Shown in pieces: positions 31,606 to 40,725 of a DNA stretch of 64,000 nt (positions within the stretch are counted from its first letter, which is position 1; every line of letters starts with the position of its first letter). The notes under the pieces are model-generated. The model worked only from the letters and a program-made list of their open reading frames with translations. It searched no databases and was not told the origin of the DNA. The translations under genes were made by a program, and so were the position numbers. Source of the stretch: a virus; the IMG/VR virus record IMGVR_UViG_3300042314_001189, positions 32,001-96,000 of that record. The stretch is one strand, 5' to 3'.

Positions 31606-32820
31606 ATGGGATATAATAGTACTGCAACGACACTTACACTTACAGCTAAATTAACACCAATAGGTAGACAAAAGCTTGTATCAACAAATAACGCATTAAT
31701 CAAAACTTTTAGTTTAGGTGATTCGGATGCGAACTACTTTATTGACTTAACATTGGGAACTGGACAAGTTCCTGGTGAGGGTGGTAATATTGGGTTCAAC
31801 AACACTGTTAGTAATAGCACAGCTAGAAACCTAAATTTAGCAACGTATCTTATCGTAAATTCAAGTGGTTCGATTAGAAAAAGTGTATCACAACAATCAA
31901 CAACTGTTTTAACTGAAACACAGCCATTAGGTTTTAAAACCATTTCTGGTTCTAGTTTAACAATAAATGGGGTTGATAGAAACAACGCAACAACAGACCC
32001 GTTGGTTAATTTATTCTTTTCATTTGGTTTACCACTTAATAGCACTGACGATAACAGATTTAGTGGTATAACATACGCTAATGGTGGTTTTTCAGACACA
32101 GCATTTAGTGGGTTCGCTGGTAGTAAAATAGTTGTTATTGGTATAGATAATTCACAATATGGTGAGGCGTTGGATGGTAAAACTGTTAAACTTGAATTAC
32201 CAACGACTGCTGGTACATATACTCTTTATAGTACATATTTAGGTGGTTTATCTCAATTGAATGAATTAGACGCTAGATATAACGATACAGCAATTGCAAC
32301 TGGTTCATTTGGTTATAACGTTGCAACTTTATTCTCTGATAACATTCTAACACCTAATGGTGGTGATTTAAGTTTAAGCTGGTCAACTGGTTATGGTACA
32401 CAAAAACCGTTCTCTATAAATGGTAAGAAAACATACAACCTACAAACGAACACCAATTTAGGTGCTACTGCTGATACAGCTGTTGGTATGTCTTATTTGG
32501 ATAAAGGGTTTATAGTAATCACAGACCCTACAATCGTAAACGCTGTCGGTGATGTTACAACAACTGGTGTAACAACTGGTATGACAGTAACTTTTGACAG
32601 CATTTCAACAAATGTGACACAACAAATCACATGTATTGCCGACAGAGGTGAATTCGGTGGAACAACAAACCCAACATTTGGTGATGGCGATGTTCCTAGA
32701 ATTAGCGAAGTGGGACTTTATGACGATGCTGGTAATCTTATTGCATATGCCAAAACAGATAGACAAGTAACAAAGAATGTTAACCAATTTTTGGCCCTTT
32801 CTATAAATATTACACTTTAA
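31606..32820 (+). CDS. Paralogous tail-collar/fibre-attachment-like protein
   Basis: KLTPIGRQKLV..FSLGDSD and ISEVGLYDDAGNLIAYAK; ATG 31606 preferred to TTG 31582. Confidence 0.6.
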   Translation: MGYNSTATTLTLTAKLTPIGRQKLVSTNNALIKTFSLGDSDANYFIDLTLGTGQVPGEGGNIGFNNTVSNSTARNLNLATYLIVNSSGSIRKSVSQQSTTVLTETQPLGFKTISGSSLTINGVDRNNATTDPLVNLFFSFGLPLNSTDDNRFSGITYANGGFSDTAFSGFAGSKIVVIGIDNSQYGEALDGKTVKLELPTTAGTYTLYSTYLGGLSQLNELDARYNDTAIATGSFGYNVATLFSDNILTPNGGDLSLSWSTGYGTQKPFSINGKKTYNLQTNTNLGATADTAVGMSYLDKGFIVITDPTIVNAVGDVTTTGVTTGMTVTFDSISTNVTQQITCIADRGEFGGTTNPTFGDGDVPRISEVGLYDDAGNLIAYAKTDRQVTKNVNQFLALSINITL

Positions 32821-32869
32821 CCCTTTATTTTTTACAAGTTAAGGTTAGATTAGTGTTAAAAATTGATTT

Positions 32870-33517
32870 ATGGCAAAAGAACCAGAATTTTTATTAGCAC
32901 TAGACGTGTCGACATCAACAATTGGTATCGCACTATTTGAAGACTTAGGTGAAAAAGGTGAGTTGAAATTACTACACCATGTTTCACCTAAAGTTAAACC
33001 TAAACCAGAAAATAAAATGGAAGAATTGTTCAGAAAAGTTGAAATTTTTGAACAAGAATTTCTATCACATTATAGTGATTTTGGTATCAATAGAGTAGTC
33101 ATCGAAGAACCATTGCTTCAATCTAACAATGTTTACACAATAGCAACCTTATTACGTTTTAACGGTATGATATCAAAATCCGTTTATGACACTATTGGTG
33201 TTGTGCCAGAATTCATTTCTTCTTATGATGCTCGTAAATTTGCTTTCCCAGAATTAATGGCTGTCAGAAAATTCAAAAAAGACGGTACACCTTTAAACGA
33301 AAAACAAATAGCCAAAAATACTCCAGTATTGTTTGGTGGGTATGATTTCGATGTTGACAAGAAGTACGTTCTTTGGGAAAAAGTTGCCGAATTAGAGCCA
33401 CAAGTTACTTGGTTTTACGACAAAAACAACAAGTTAAAAAAAGAAACTTTTGACACCTCAGATGCTTATGTTGCTGGTATTGGTTACATGTATAAACACG
33501 AAATCTGGAAAAAATAG
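32870..33517 (+). CDS. RuvC-like Holliday junction resolvase
   Basis: LALDVSTSTIG, VVIEEP, DTSDAY acidic triad of the RNase H fold. Confidence 0.75.
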   Translation: MAKEPEFLLALDVSTSTIGIALFEDLGEKGELKLLHHVSPKVKPKPENKMEELFRKVEIFEQEFLSHYSDFGINRVVIEEPLLQSNNVYTIATLLRFNGMISKSVYDTIGVVPEFISSYDARKFAFPELMAVRKFKKDGTPLNEKQIAKNTPVLFGGYDFDVDKKYVLWEKVAELEPQVTWFYDKNNKLKKETFDTSDAYVAGIGYMYKHEIWKK

Positions 33518-33527
33518 TAAAATTTAT

Positions 33528-33558
33528 TTGTAAAAACCATTAGTATTTCGTACCTTTG
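33528..33558 (+). promoter_or_regulatory. Bacteroidota-type promoter
   Basis: TTG(33528)-N20-TACCTTTG(33551). Confidence 0.7.
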
Positions 33559-33562
33559 TAGT

Positions 33563-34519
33563 ATGAATCTTTTATTGGTTGATATACTTGAGAGCTTTTT
33601 AGGTGATACTAGAAAGCATAATGAAGATACTGGGCAAATCGCTTTTGACTGTCCAGCATGTTCTGCTGAAAAGGGTATGGTCGATGGTGATGGTAAAGGA
33701 AACCTAGAAATCAATTATAATAGAGGTATGTTTAAATGCTGGGCTTGTCAAGAGACAAACAACATGCATGGACCAGTAATTAAACTACTAAAAAAATACG
33801 CAACACCCAAAAACATACGTGATTATCTGTTGGTTAAACCAGATGCTGATTTGGTTAGCGAAAAACAGAAGAAAGAAATAGTATTAACTTTGCCAGAGGG
33901 GTATAAAAAACTATCTGAATGCACAGAAAAAGACTACAAATCACAACAAGCACTATCTTATTTGCGTGAACGTGGTATAACCGATGATATTATAAAATAT
34001 TATGAAATAGGTTACACGTTTAGAGGTAAATTCTTCAATAGAGTTATCATACCATCTTATGATTCAGAGGGTAAATTAAACTATTTCATAGCTAGATGGT
34101 TTGCCAAAGAATACACAAAACTAAAATATCTAAACCCAGATGTTGAAAAACAAGAAATAATCTTCAACGAAGGAAAAATAAACTGGGATTCAACAATTTA
34201 CATAGTAGAAGGAGCAACAGACCATATTGTTGTACCAAATTCAATACCATTATTGGGTAAATTCTTATCACCGCAACTCCTAGAACTATTACACGATAAC
34301 GCACAAGCTTTTATTGTGATTGTATTGGATGATGATGCGTATGAAGACGCTAAAAGGTTATACAGAGAATTAAACTTTGGTGATTTAAGGGGTAGAATAA
34401 AACTGGTTAAATGTCCAGAAGGTTATGACCCATCAAAAATATTTGAAAAATTAGGTAATAAGGGTATTGTTAAATTGCTTAGGGGTGCTTATAAATTAGA
34501 AGATTCTGAAATTTATTGA
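33563..34519 (+). CDS. DNA primase (zinc finger plus TOPRIM)
   Basis: CPAC..CWAC, YLRERGI, RVIIP, KYLNP, IVEGATD, LDDDA. Confidence 0.9.
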   Translation: MNLLLVDILESFLGDTRKHNEDTGQIAFDCPACSAEKGMVDGDGKGNLEINYNRGMFKCWACQETNNMHGPVIKLLKKYATPKNIRDYLLVKPDADLVSEKQKKEIVLTLPEGYKKLSECTEKDYKSQQALSYLRERGITDDIIKYYEIGYTFRGKFFNRVIIPSYDSEGKLNYFIARWFAKEYTKLKYLNPDVEKQEIIFNEGKINWDSTIYIVEGATDHIVVPNSIPLLGKFLSPQLLELLHDNAQAFIVIVLDDDAYEDAKRLYRELNFGDLRGRIKLVKCPEGYDPSKIFEKLGNKGIVKLLRGAYKLEDSEIY

Positions 34520-34541
34520 TATTTATACATAAAAGGTAAAT

Positions 34542-35171
34542 ATGGAAATAAAAAGTCGTTTAAGACAATTATTAAAAGAATCTATAGAAGGCAACTACGG
34601 CTACCATGTTGGTAATCTAACAACAAAGTCTGAATTTATTGGTGAAAAGGCGTTTGGTGGTAGAAGTTTAGCTTTGCAAGGTCTTGGTGGTGCTAGTAAG
34701 ACTGGCCAGTTTGGTGCTGGTCATTTTTTGTTTGGTACAAAAGAAAAAGCAGAAGATTTTAGAAAAACAAAAGACAGACCAATTTATAAGGTTGATTTTG
34801 GTCAATATAGAATGTATAGACCTAGCGATGCCAAAGAATTTGTAGAAGGCGTAATCAACCTTACGAATCAACTTATTATGGTTCCAGAAAGGTTTGCCGA
34901 AACTCAAGAGTTCAACGATGTTATCGATGACTTGGCACAAGATTTACCTAGTTTTGGTATTACTCTTTCAAGAGATAAAATATTCCAAATAACGAAAGGA
35001 TTTGTCGAAGACGTAACCGAAATGAAGAACCCAAAAAGTGATTACCTTATCACTAGATACCTTAAATCAATGGGTTATGAGGGGTTAGATTTAAGAAACA
35101 CACCATACGATTCCTACTATATTGGCTCTGTAATATACGATTTAAAAGCAAATACTGTTTCAGAAGCTTAA
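34542..35171 (+). CDS. Putative ADP-ribosyltransferase-fold (ART-PolyVal-like) protein with LLKE leader
   Basis: GYHVG..FGAGHFLFG..A..IYKVD..MGYEGL..SVIYD pattern; TATTTATA at 34520. Confidence 0.45.
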   Translation: MEIKSRLRQLLKESIEGNYGYHVGNLTTKSEFIGEKAFGGRSLALQGLGGASKTGQFGAGHFLFGTKEKAEDFRKTKDRPIYKVDFGQYRMYRPSDAKEFVEGVINLTNQLIMVPERFAETQEFNDVIDDLAQDLPSFGITLSRDKIFQITKGFVEDVTEMKNPKSDYLITRYLKSMGYEGLDLRNTPYDSYYIGSVIYDLKANTVSEA

Positions 35172-35187
35172 TTTTACTTAAAATTAG

Positions 35188-35218
35188 TTGTTATTTAAGA
35201 TATTATTGTGTATCTTTG
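35188..35218 (+). promoter_or_regulatory. Bacteroidota-type promoter
   Basis: TTG(35188)-N20-TATCTTTG(35211). Confidence 0.7.
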
Positions 35219-35234
35219 TAATAAATTATTAGAC

Positions 35235-36017
35235 ATGAGTAAAGCAAAATTATGGGTTGGGCCAGTATATTTAGAGCCGATAGAACATAAGTATCATCAT
35301 AGAGAAACTGGAAAAATTTATAAGTCGGTAACTACGACACTTTCATCTATTGAACCTCATTTTGATTCTGAAGCTGTTTCTTTGGCGATAACCAAACAGC
35401 TAGATACTGTTAAACAAGAACGTTATATTGGGCTAACGCAGCAACAAATTTTAGATTATTGGCAAATGCTTAATGATGAAGCTAACATTTATGGAACAAA
35501 AGTCCATGATATTGTTGAGCGTTATTTGCTGGCTAACAAATGGTATTTCCCACCAGAAAATGAAGAAGGTGAGTTTGAACAAAAAGTCATTGATGGGTAT
35601 AACGGGTTAAATATTGATGAGGGTGTTGCAATGTGGCCAGAAAGAATTTTGTTTGCGGAACAATACGAATTGGCTGGTATGTCTGACCTTATAATCGATA
35701 TTGATGATGTGTTTTTTGATGTATGGGACTGGAAAACCAATAGAGAGTTTAACTTCTTCAACCCATATGGTTTTGAAACGCTTTATAAACCTTTTGACCA
35801 CTTACAATCGTGTCAATGGTCTATATATACGCTGCAACTTTCAGTTTATGCTTATATGTATGAATTGGAATTCCCTGGTCGTAAGTGTAGACAAATAAGA
35901 ATTGGGTATTGGGATAAAGAAAAAATGACGTTTGAAAAAATTCAAATTATGTATTTGAAACATGAAGCCAAAAAACTTATTGAGATGCACCACTATAACA
36001 TAATGAAAAACGCATAA
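35235..36017 (+). CDS. PD-(D/E)xK exonuclease (Cas4/RecB-like superfamily)
   Basis: SVTT, GTKVH..E, ERIL, AGMSDL, DWKTN, LQLSVY; ATG 35235 preferred because the -7 box overlaps GTG 35208. Confidence 0.85.
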   Translation: MSKAKLWVGPVYLEPIEHKYHHRETGKIYKSVTTTLSSIEPHFDSEAVSLAITKQLDTVKQERYIGLTQQQILDYWQMLNDEANIYGTKVHDIVERYLLANKWYFPPENEEGEFEQKVIDGYNGLNIDEGVAMWPERILFAEQYELAGMSDLIIDIDDVFFDVWDWKTNREFNFFNPYGFETLYKPFDHLQSCQWSIYTLQLSVYAYMYELEFPGRKCRQIRIGYWDKEKMTFEKIQIMYLKHEAKKLIEMHHYNIMKNA

Positions 36018-36020
36018 TCA

Positions 36021-36236
36021 ATGGATAAGCCTAGATACTTTAAATGTTCTAAGTGTGGGGAATCAATTAGAAAGATTCTTCACCCTTCATTAAGTGATTT
36101 AGACAATATGCCAGTATGTATTTTTCCAATGGTAGAAAGAACATCTGGTATTTGTGGTGGTAGTTTTAGTGTTGAAATAACAGAAGAAGAATATAATGAA
36201 ACCCTTAAAGAGTGGGAAAATAAAAACGCAAAATAA
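36021..36236 (+). CDS. Small Cys-containing (zinc-binding?) protein
   Basis: CSKC..C..CGG. Confidence 0.6.
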   Translation: MDKPRYFKCSKCGESIRKILHPSLSDLDNMPVCIFPMVERTSGICGGSFSVEITEEEYNETLKEWENKNAK

Positions 36237-37049
36237 ATGGTAAAGAAAATAGTACACTTAGCTGATATTCACATCAGAACTTTTAGAATGCATGATGAAT
36301 ACAAAGATGTTTTTAGGAATTTACTTAAAGACGTTAAAGAACTTACTGAAGATTTTGAACGTGAAGAAATACGAATAGTTATTGCTGGTGATTTGGTTCA
36401 TCAAAAAATCGTGATTTCAAACGAGCAGTTAATTTTAGGTACGTGGTTTTTGAGAAAATTAGAAGAAATCGCACCAGTAATTATAATTGCTGGAAACCAT
36501 GATTTATTAGAGAACAACAAAGACAGAATGGATAGTATTAGCCCTATGGTACAATTCTTAGGTGATAAAGAAATAAACTATTTCAAGGAATCTAAATGCT
36601 ATATGGATGACAATATTGTTTGGTGTGTTTATTCTATCTTTGAAGAAAACGCTAGACCAGACATTGAGTCGGCTAGAGTTGAATTTGGTAATGATAAAAC
36701 ATATGTTGGGTTATTCCACGCACCGTTGATAAACGCAAAAACCGACATAGGTTATGAAATTGACCATGGTGCTGAATTAGATACTTTTGAAGGTTGTGAT
36801 GTTGTTATGTTGGGTGATATCCACAAGCGTCAAGCGTTTAACCATAAAGGGATAATTGTTGCTTATCCCTCATCATTGATACAACAAAACTTTGGTGAAA
36901 ATGTGACAAAACACGGTTTCTTATTCTGGGATGTTGAAACAAAAACATATACAGAACATGACGTAGAAAATAAATCTCCTTACTACCAATTTAAAATAAA
37001 ATCATTGGAAGATATTGAGAATGGAACAGAAAAAATTACAAACTTATGA
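36237..37049 (+). CDS. SbcD/Mre11-like metallophosphoesterase nuclease (T4 gp47-like)
   Basis: HLADIH, AGDLVH, GNHD, FH, LGDIHK. Confidence 0.9.
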   Translation: MVKKIVHLADIHIRTFRMHDEYKDVFRNLLKDVKELTEDFEREEIRIVIAGDLVHQKIVISNEQLILGTWFLRKLEEIAPVIIIAGNHDLLENNKDRMDSISPMVQFLGDKEINYFKESKCYMDDNIVWCVYSIFEENARPDIESARVEFGNDKTYVGLFHAPLINAKTDIGYEIDHGAELDTFEGCDVVMLGDIHKRQAFNHKGIIVAYPSSLIQQNFGENVTKHGFLFWDVETKTYTEHDVENKSPYYQFKIKSLEDIENGTEKITNL

Positions 37050-37279
37050 TGCTAGGTGAATTAAGAGAGTTTATAAATAAACTCCCAGAAGACATGGACA
37101 ACTTTATTGTTGTAAATGGTGAATACGGGTTTTTAGACCCAAGTGATGATAACAGTGTTGTTTATCGAGTAGATAAACCCGTACTTATGGTTACGGTTGA
37201 TGAGAATGACAAAGAAATTTTGTTATTACATCAGACACGTGAAGATGTAAAAACAATGATGGGTGATGACAATTCCTAA
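37046..37279 (+). CDS. Hypothetical protein (77 aa)
   Basis: ATGA overlap with the upstream gene. Confidence 0.65.
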   Translation: MMLGELREFINKLPEDMDNFIVVNGEYGFLDPSDDNSVVYRVDKPVLMVTVDENDKEILLLHQTREDVKTMMGDDNS

Positions 37280-37697
37280 TGAATTACATGATGAACTTTG
37301 GGATTATTGTAGAGTTAACAATATCACAAACGTTGAAGAGTTTAAATTAAAACTTTTAAAGAAAGGTTTTACTGTTGAAAAATTTGGTGCAACACCACAA
37401 GCGGTAGAGAAAATTGTTGAGAAAATTGTTGAAAAAATCGTTGAGGTTCCAGTTGAAAAAATCGTTGAGGTTCCAGTTGAAAAAATCGTTGAGAAAGAGG
37501 TATATGTAACCGATGATTCTAAACTATCTGATTTTACTGATAAGATAGAAGAACAACAAAATTTAGTGATTAAACTAGAAGGTGATATTTCAAAACAAAA
37601 CAAAACGATATCAACATTAGAAACCGAGATAACCAATTTGAAATCAGAGTTGGAAAAAGAAAAGAAGAAAAATAAAAGAGACATTTATGGTGAGTAA
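37263..37697 (+). CDS. Coiled-coil protein with VEKI/VEVP repeats
   Basis: VEKIVEKIVEKIVEVPVEKIVEVPVEKIVEKEV followed by heptads. Confidence 0.7.
   Translation: MMTIPNELHDELWDYCRVNNITNVEEFKLKLLKKGFTVEKFGATPQAVEKIVEKIVEKIVEVPVEKIVEVPVEKIVEKEVYVTDDSKLSDFTDKIEEQQNLVIKLEGDISKQNKTISTLETEITNLKSELEKEKKKNKRDIYGE
37404..37500 (+). repeat. 12/24-bp in-frame tandem repeats
   Basis: GTTGAGAAAATT / GTTGAAAAAATC / GTTGAGGTTCCA units. Confidence 0.85.
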
Positions 37698-40056
37698 TAC
37701 AGACGTTATGGATATCAAGGCAATATCCCCTTATTCAAAAATCAAAGTCTATTGGGATGATAGACCAGAAAATTATAGCAAAGAAGCCAAGAACAAAGTT
37801 AGAAATTATTTTGCTAACAAATATGGTGTTGCTAAGAACAACATCAATGTTGTTTATAGACCAGTTAGGTTAAACGATAAAGGCGATGTTATTGAAATTA
37901 CTGGTGCTGGTATTGAAAACATTATGGATGTAGGGTACCAAAGAGCCCTTATGAAAGAGTTAATCGATAGAGACGGTAAATCGGTTGACTTTAACCGTAT
38001 AATCGCTTTAGATGATAAAGTAAACGCATCATTAAACGTTGATTTGACAGAAGCGCAACACAGAAGCTGGTCAATCAAATGGGTGATGATTGATAACTTC
38101 TTATCTTTTGGTGAAAATAACTATGTTCCTTTTAGTAAACTAAGAGGTTTAACAGTTGTTAATTCAATGCCATCTAATCAAGGTGGTAAAACAACCTTAA
38201 CGATTGATGCTATTAAATTTTTATTACATGGTAGCACAACAAAAACGGATACAAACGAACAAATCTTCAACACATACACCGATAAAAACGAACTAACTGT
38301 TCGTGGTATGATTGATATTGAAGGTGAAGAAACAATCATAGAACGAAAAATGAGACGCTCAGCCAAAAAAGGTGGTGGGTGGACAGTTGTTAATAAAGTC
38401 AACTATTACAAGATATTACCAGACGGTGAAGAAGAAATGTTGAACGAGGAAGATGCTACTCAAACAACCAAAAAACTTAAAGAAACTATTGGTAGTGAGA
38501 AAGACTTTGAAATGCTTGTTTTAGCAACTGAGAAGAATTTGGATGATTTGATTGGGTTAACAACAACTGAATCTGGTAAAGTTTTAACTAGACTTATTGG
38601 TTTGGAGATTTTAGAAATCAAAGAAAAAGCTGTTAGAGAAATGTATAATGAATTTGCTAGAAAGAAAAAATCTAACGAGTTCGATGTCATAACTCTTGGT
38701 AATGAAATTGATGAACACGAAGAAAAAATCGTTTTATGTGATGAGTTAGAAAAAACTTTAAACGAAAAACTAGAATCTAACAAAAACGAAATTGTTAGAT
38801 TAAACGGTGAGAACGATAGGTTAATAGACAGCAAAGAAAAAATTGATGTTACGATATCTGAATTAAACCCAGAAACATTAGAAAGTGAAATAGAAACTTT
38901 AATTGAAAAAGGTGTCGGTTTAAAAGAAAAGGTTGATGAGTTTGTTGTTAAGATAGATGAAATAGGTAATATTGTTTTTGATGAAGATAGACACTTTGAA
39001 TTAACCAAATCCGTAAACGCTAAGACAACTGAAAAAGCTGTTCATTCAGCTGAAATAAGTAGGTTAGAAACGGTTATTGAGGATTTAATAGCTGGTGGTA
39101 TTTGTCAATCATGCAACAGAAAATTGGATGATGTAGATAATACAGAACACATAAACACACACAAAGTACAAATTGAAAATACTAGAGCCAAAGTTACTAA
39201 ACTAGGTCAAGAAATAAAAGTTTTGAATGATGAATTGAGTGGGTTAACTGAAACTAAAAAATCTGTTGATATCAAAAACAAATTAGAGTTAGATAAAGAC
39301 AGAACGGAAGTTGAAATTGGTTCACTTAGAAACAAAGTTGTTGCTAAGAAAAACGACTTGAAAAAATATAAACTTAATTTGGATGCTATCGAATTAAACA
39401 AGAAAATTGACATAGAGATTAGTAAAGTTAAAACTGATTTGTCTGTTTGTGAATTTGCTAAAGATGATGCGATAACCAAAATAGAAAGAGTTCAAACAGA
39501 TATTAAAAATCACAAAAAAGACATAGCAACCAAAACAAAACTTATTGAAACTATCAAGAAAGAAGAAGAGGTTGATAAAATATTCAAAATTTATATTGAT
39601 TTAGTAGGGAAGAAAGGTATTAGCAAATTAGTGTTGCGTTCAGTTTTACCAATAATTAACTCTGAAGCACAAAGATTGCTAGAAGATGTTGTAGATTTTG
39701 ATATTGAGATATTTATGAATGATAAGAATGATGTTCAATTTTTGATTGTTAAAGATGAAATCTCTAAGTTGTTAAAATCTGGTTCTGGACTAGAAAAAAC
39801 AGCTGCAAGTTTAGCTTTAAGAGCTGTACTAGGGAAATTATCAACGTTACCGATGCCAAACTTTATCACTTTTGATGAGGTTTTAGGTAAAGTGGCACCA
39901 GAAAATATTGAAAAACTGAAACACTTATTTGATAAAATAAAAGATATGTATGAGATAGTTTTCTTTATTACACACAACGACCTAGTAAAAGACTGGGGTG
40001 ATAATGTCGTGACCGTCAACAAGATAGATAACGTTTCTAAAATATCTTTTAAATAA
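37687..40056 (+). CDS. SbcC/Rad50-like ABC ATPase (T4 gp46-like)
   Basis: NFLSFG, Walker A NQGGKT, zinc hook CQSC, signature SGLEK, FDEV, ITH. Confidence 0.92.
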   Translation: MVSNTDVMDIKAISPYSKIKVYWDDRPENYSKEAKNKVRNYFANKYGVAKNNINVVYRPVRLNDKGDVIEITGAGIENIMDVGYQRALMKELIDRDGKSVDFNRIIALDDKVNASLNVDLTEAQHRSWSIKWVMIDNFLSFGENNYVPFSKLRGLTVVNSMPSNQGGKTTLTIDAIKFLLHGSTTKTDTNEQIFNTYTDKNELTVRGMIDIEGEETIIERKMRRSAKKGGGWTVVNKVNYYKILPDGEEEMLNEEDATQTTKKLKETIGSEKDFEMLVLATEKNLDDLIGLTTTESGKVLTRLIGLEILEIKEKAVREMYNEFARKKKSNEFDVITLGNEIDEHEEKIVLCDELEKTLNEKLESNKNEIVRLNGENDRLIDSKEKIDVTISELNPETLESEIETLIEKGVGLKEKVDEFVVKIDEIGNIVFDEDRHFELTKSVNAKTTEKAVHSAEISRLETVIEDLIAGGICQSCNRKLDDVDNTEHINTHKVQIENTRAKVTKLGQEIKVLNDELSGLTETKKSVDIKNKLELDKDRTEVEIGSLRNKVVAKKNDLKKYKLNLDAIELNKKIDIEISKVKTDLSVCEFAKDDAITKIERVQTDIKNHKKDIATKTKLIETIKKEEEVDKIFKIYIDLVGKKGISKLVLRSVLPIINSEAQRLLEDVVDFDIEIFMNDKNDVQFLIVKDEISKLLKSGSGLEKTAASLALRAVLGKLSTLPMPNFITFDEVLGKVAPENIEKLKHLFDKIKDMYEIVFFITHNDLVKDWGDNVVTVNKIDNVSKISFK

Positions 40057-40058
40057 AA

Positions 40059-40089
40059 TTGGTTTATTCGTAAAAAAATAGTACCTTTG
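40059..40089 (+). promoter_or_regulatory. Bacteroidota-type promoter
   Basis: TTG(40059)-N20-TACCTTTG(40082). Confidence 0.7.
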
Positions 40090-40106
40090 ATAAAAATTTG
40101 AAAAAC

Positions 40107-40637
40107 ATGAAGTTTAGAAATTACTGTGTGGTTATTATGGGTGACACCAATGGAGTTTCGGTTGAAATTGAAAAAGTGAGCGAGACTAAACCCAATATTT
40201 TAGATGCTAGAGGCATAATTATTGCTACATTTTCATCTGCTGTTGAACCAAAAGAATTGTCAGATTGGTTCAAATTGAACAAAAGAAGTTTTTTTGTTTT
40301 TGATTTAGACCAAAAATCATCTGGGTATCATATAACGAAAAAAGAAATACATGAAGGACTATTTGGTTTTTTGAGCGAATTTAATGAAGATGTTTTGAAA
40401 CAAAGAACAAACGATTTGATGGATGCTATTCAAGATGCTGAAATCATACAAGAAAATAGTAGAAAAAACAAAGGTATAAATGTGAAGACCGTGGTAAAAC
40501 CCAAAAGACTTACCGAGTCAGAAATCGAGAATATGACATTAAAAGAAAAGGAAGAAATAATGAATAAAATAATCGATAATGGGGTTGAAAACATGACTGA
40601 ATACGATAAAAAAATATTACCACTTTTAGTGAAATAA
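40107..40637 (+). CDS. Hypothetical protein
   Basis: ORF downstream of a promoter; ATG 40107 or TTG 40098. Confidence 0.7.
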   Translation: MKFRNYCVVIMGDTNGVSVEIEKVSETKPNILDARGIIIATFSSAVEPKELSDWFKLNKRSFFVFDLDQKSSGYHITKKEIHEGLFGFLSEFNEDVLKQRTNDLMDAIQDAEIIQENSRKNKGINVKTVVKPKRLTESEIENMTLKEKEEIMNKIIDNGVENMTEYDKKILPLLVK

Positions 40638-40725
40638 TTATCAAAAACCCTTGACTTTTAAGGGTTTTTGTCGTATATTTACGTAAGTAAAAATAACAAA
40701 AAAAGAGAGTAAATGAGAGTATTTA

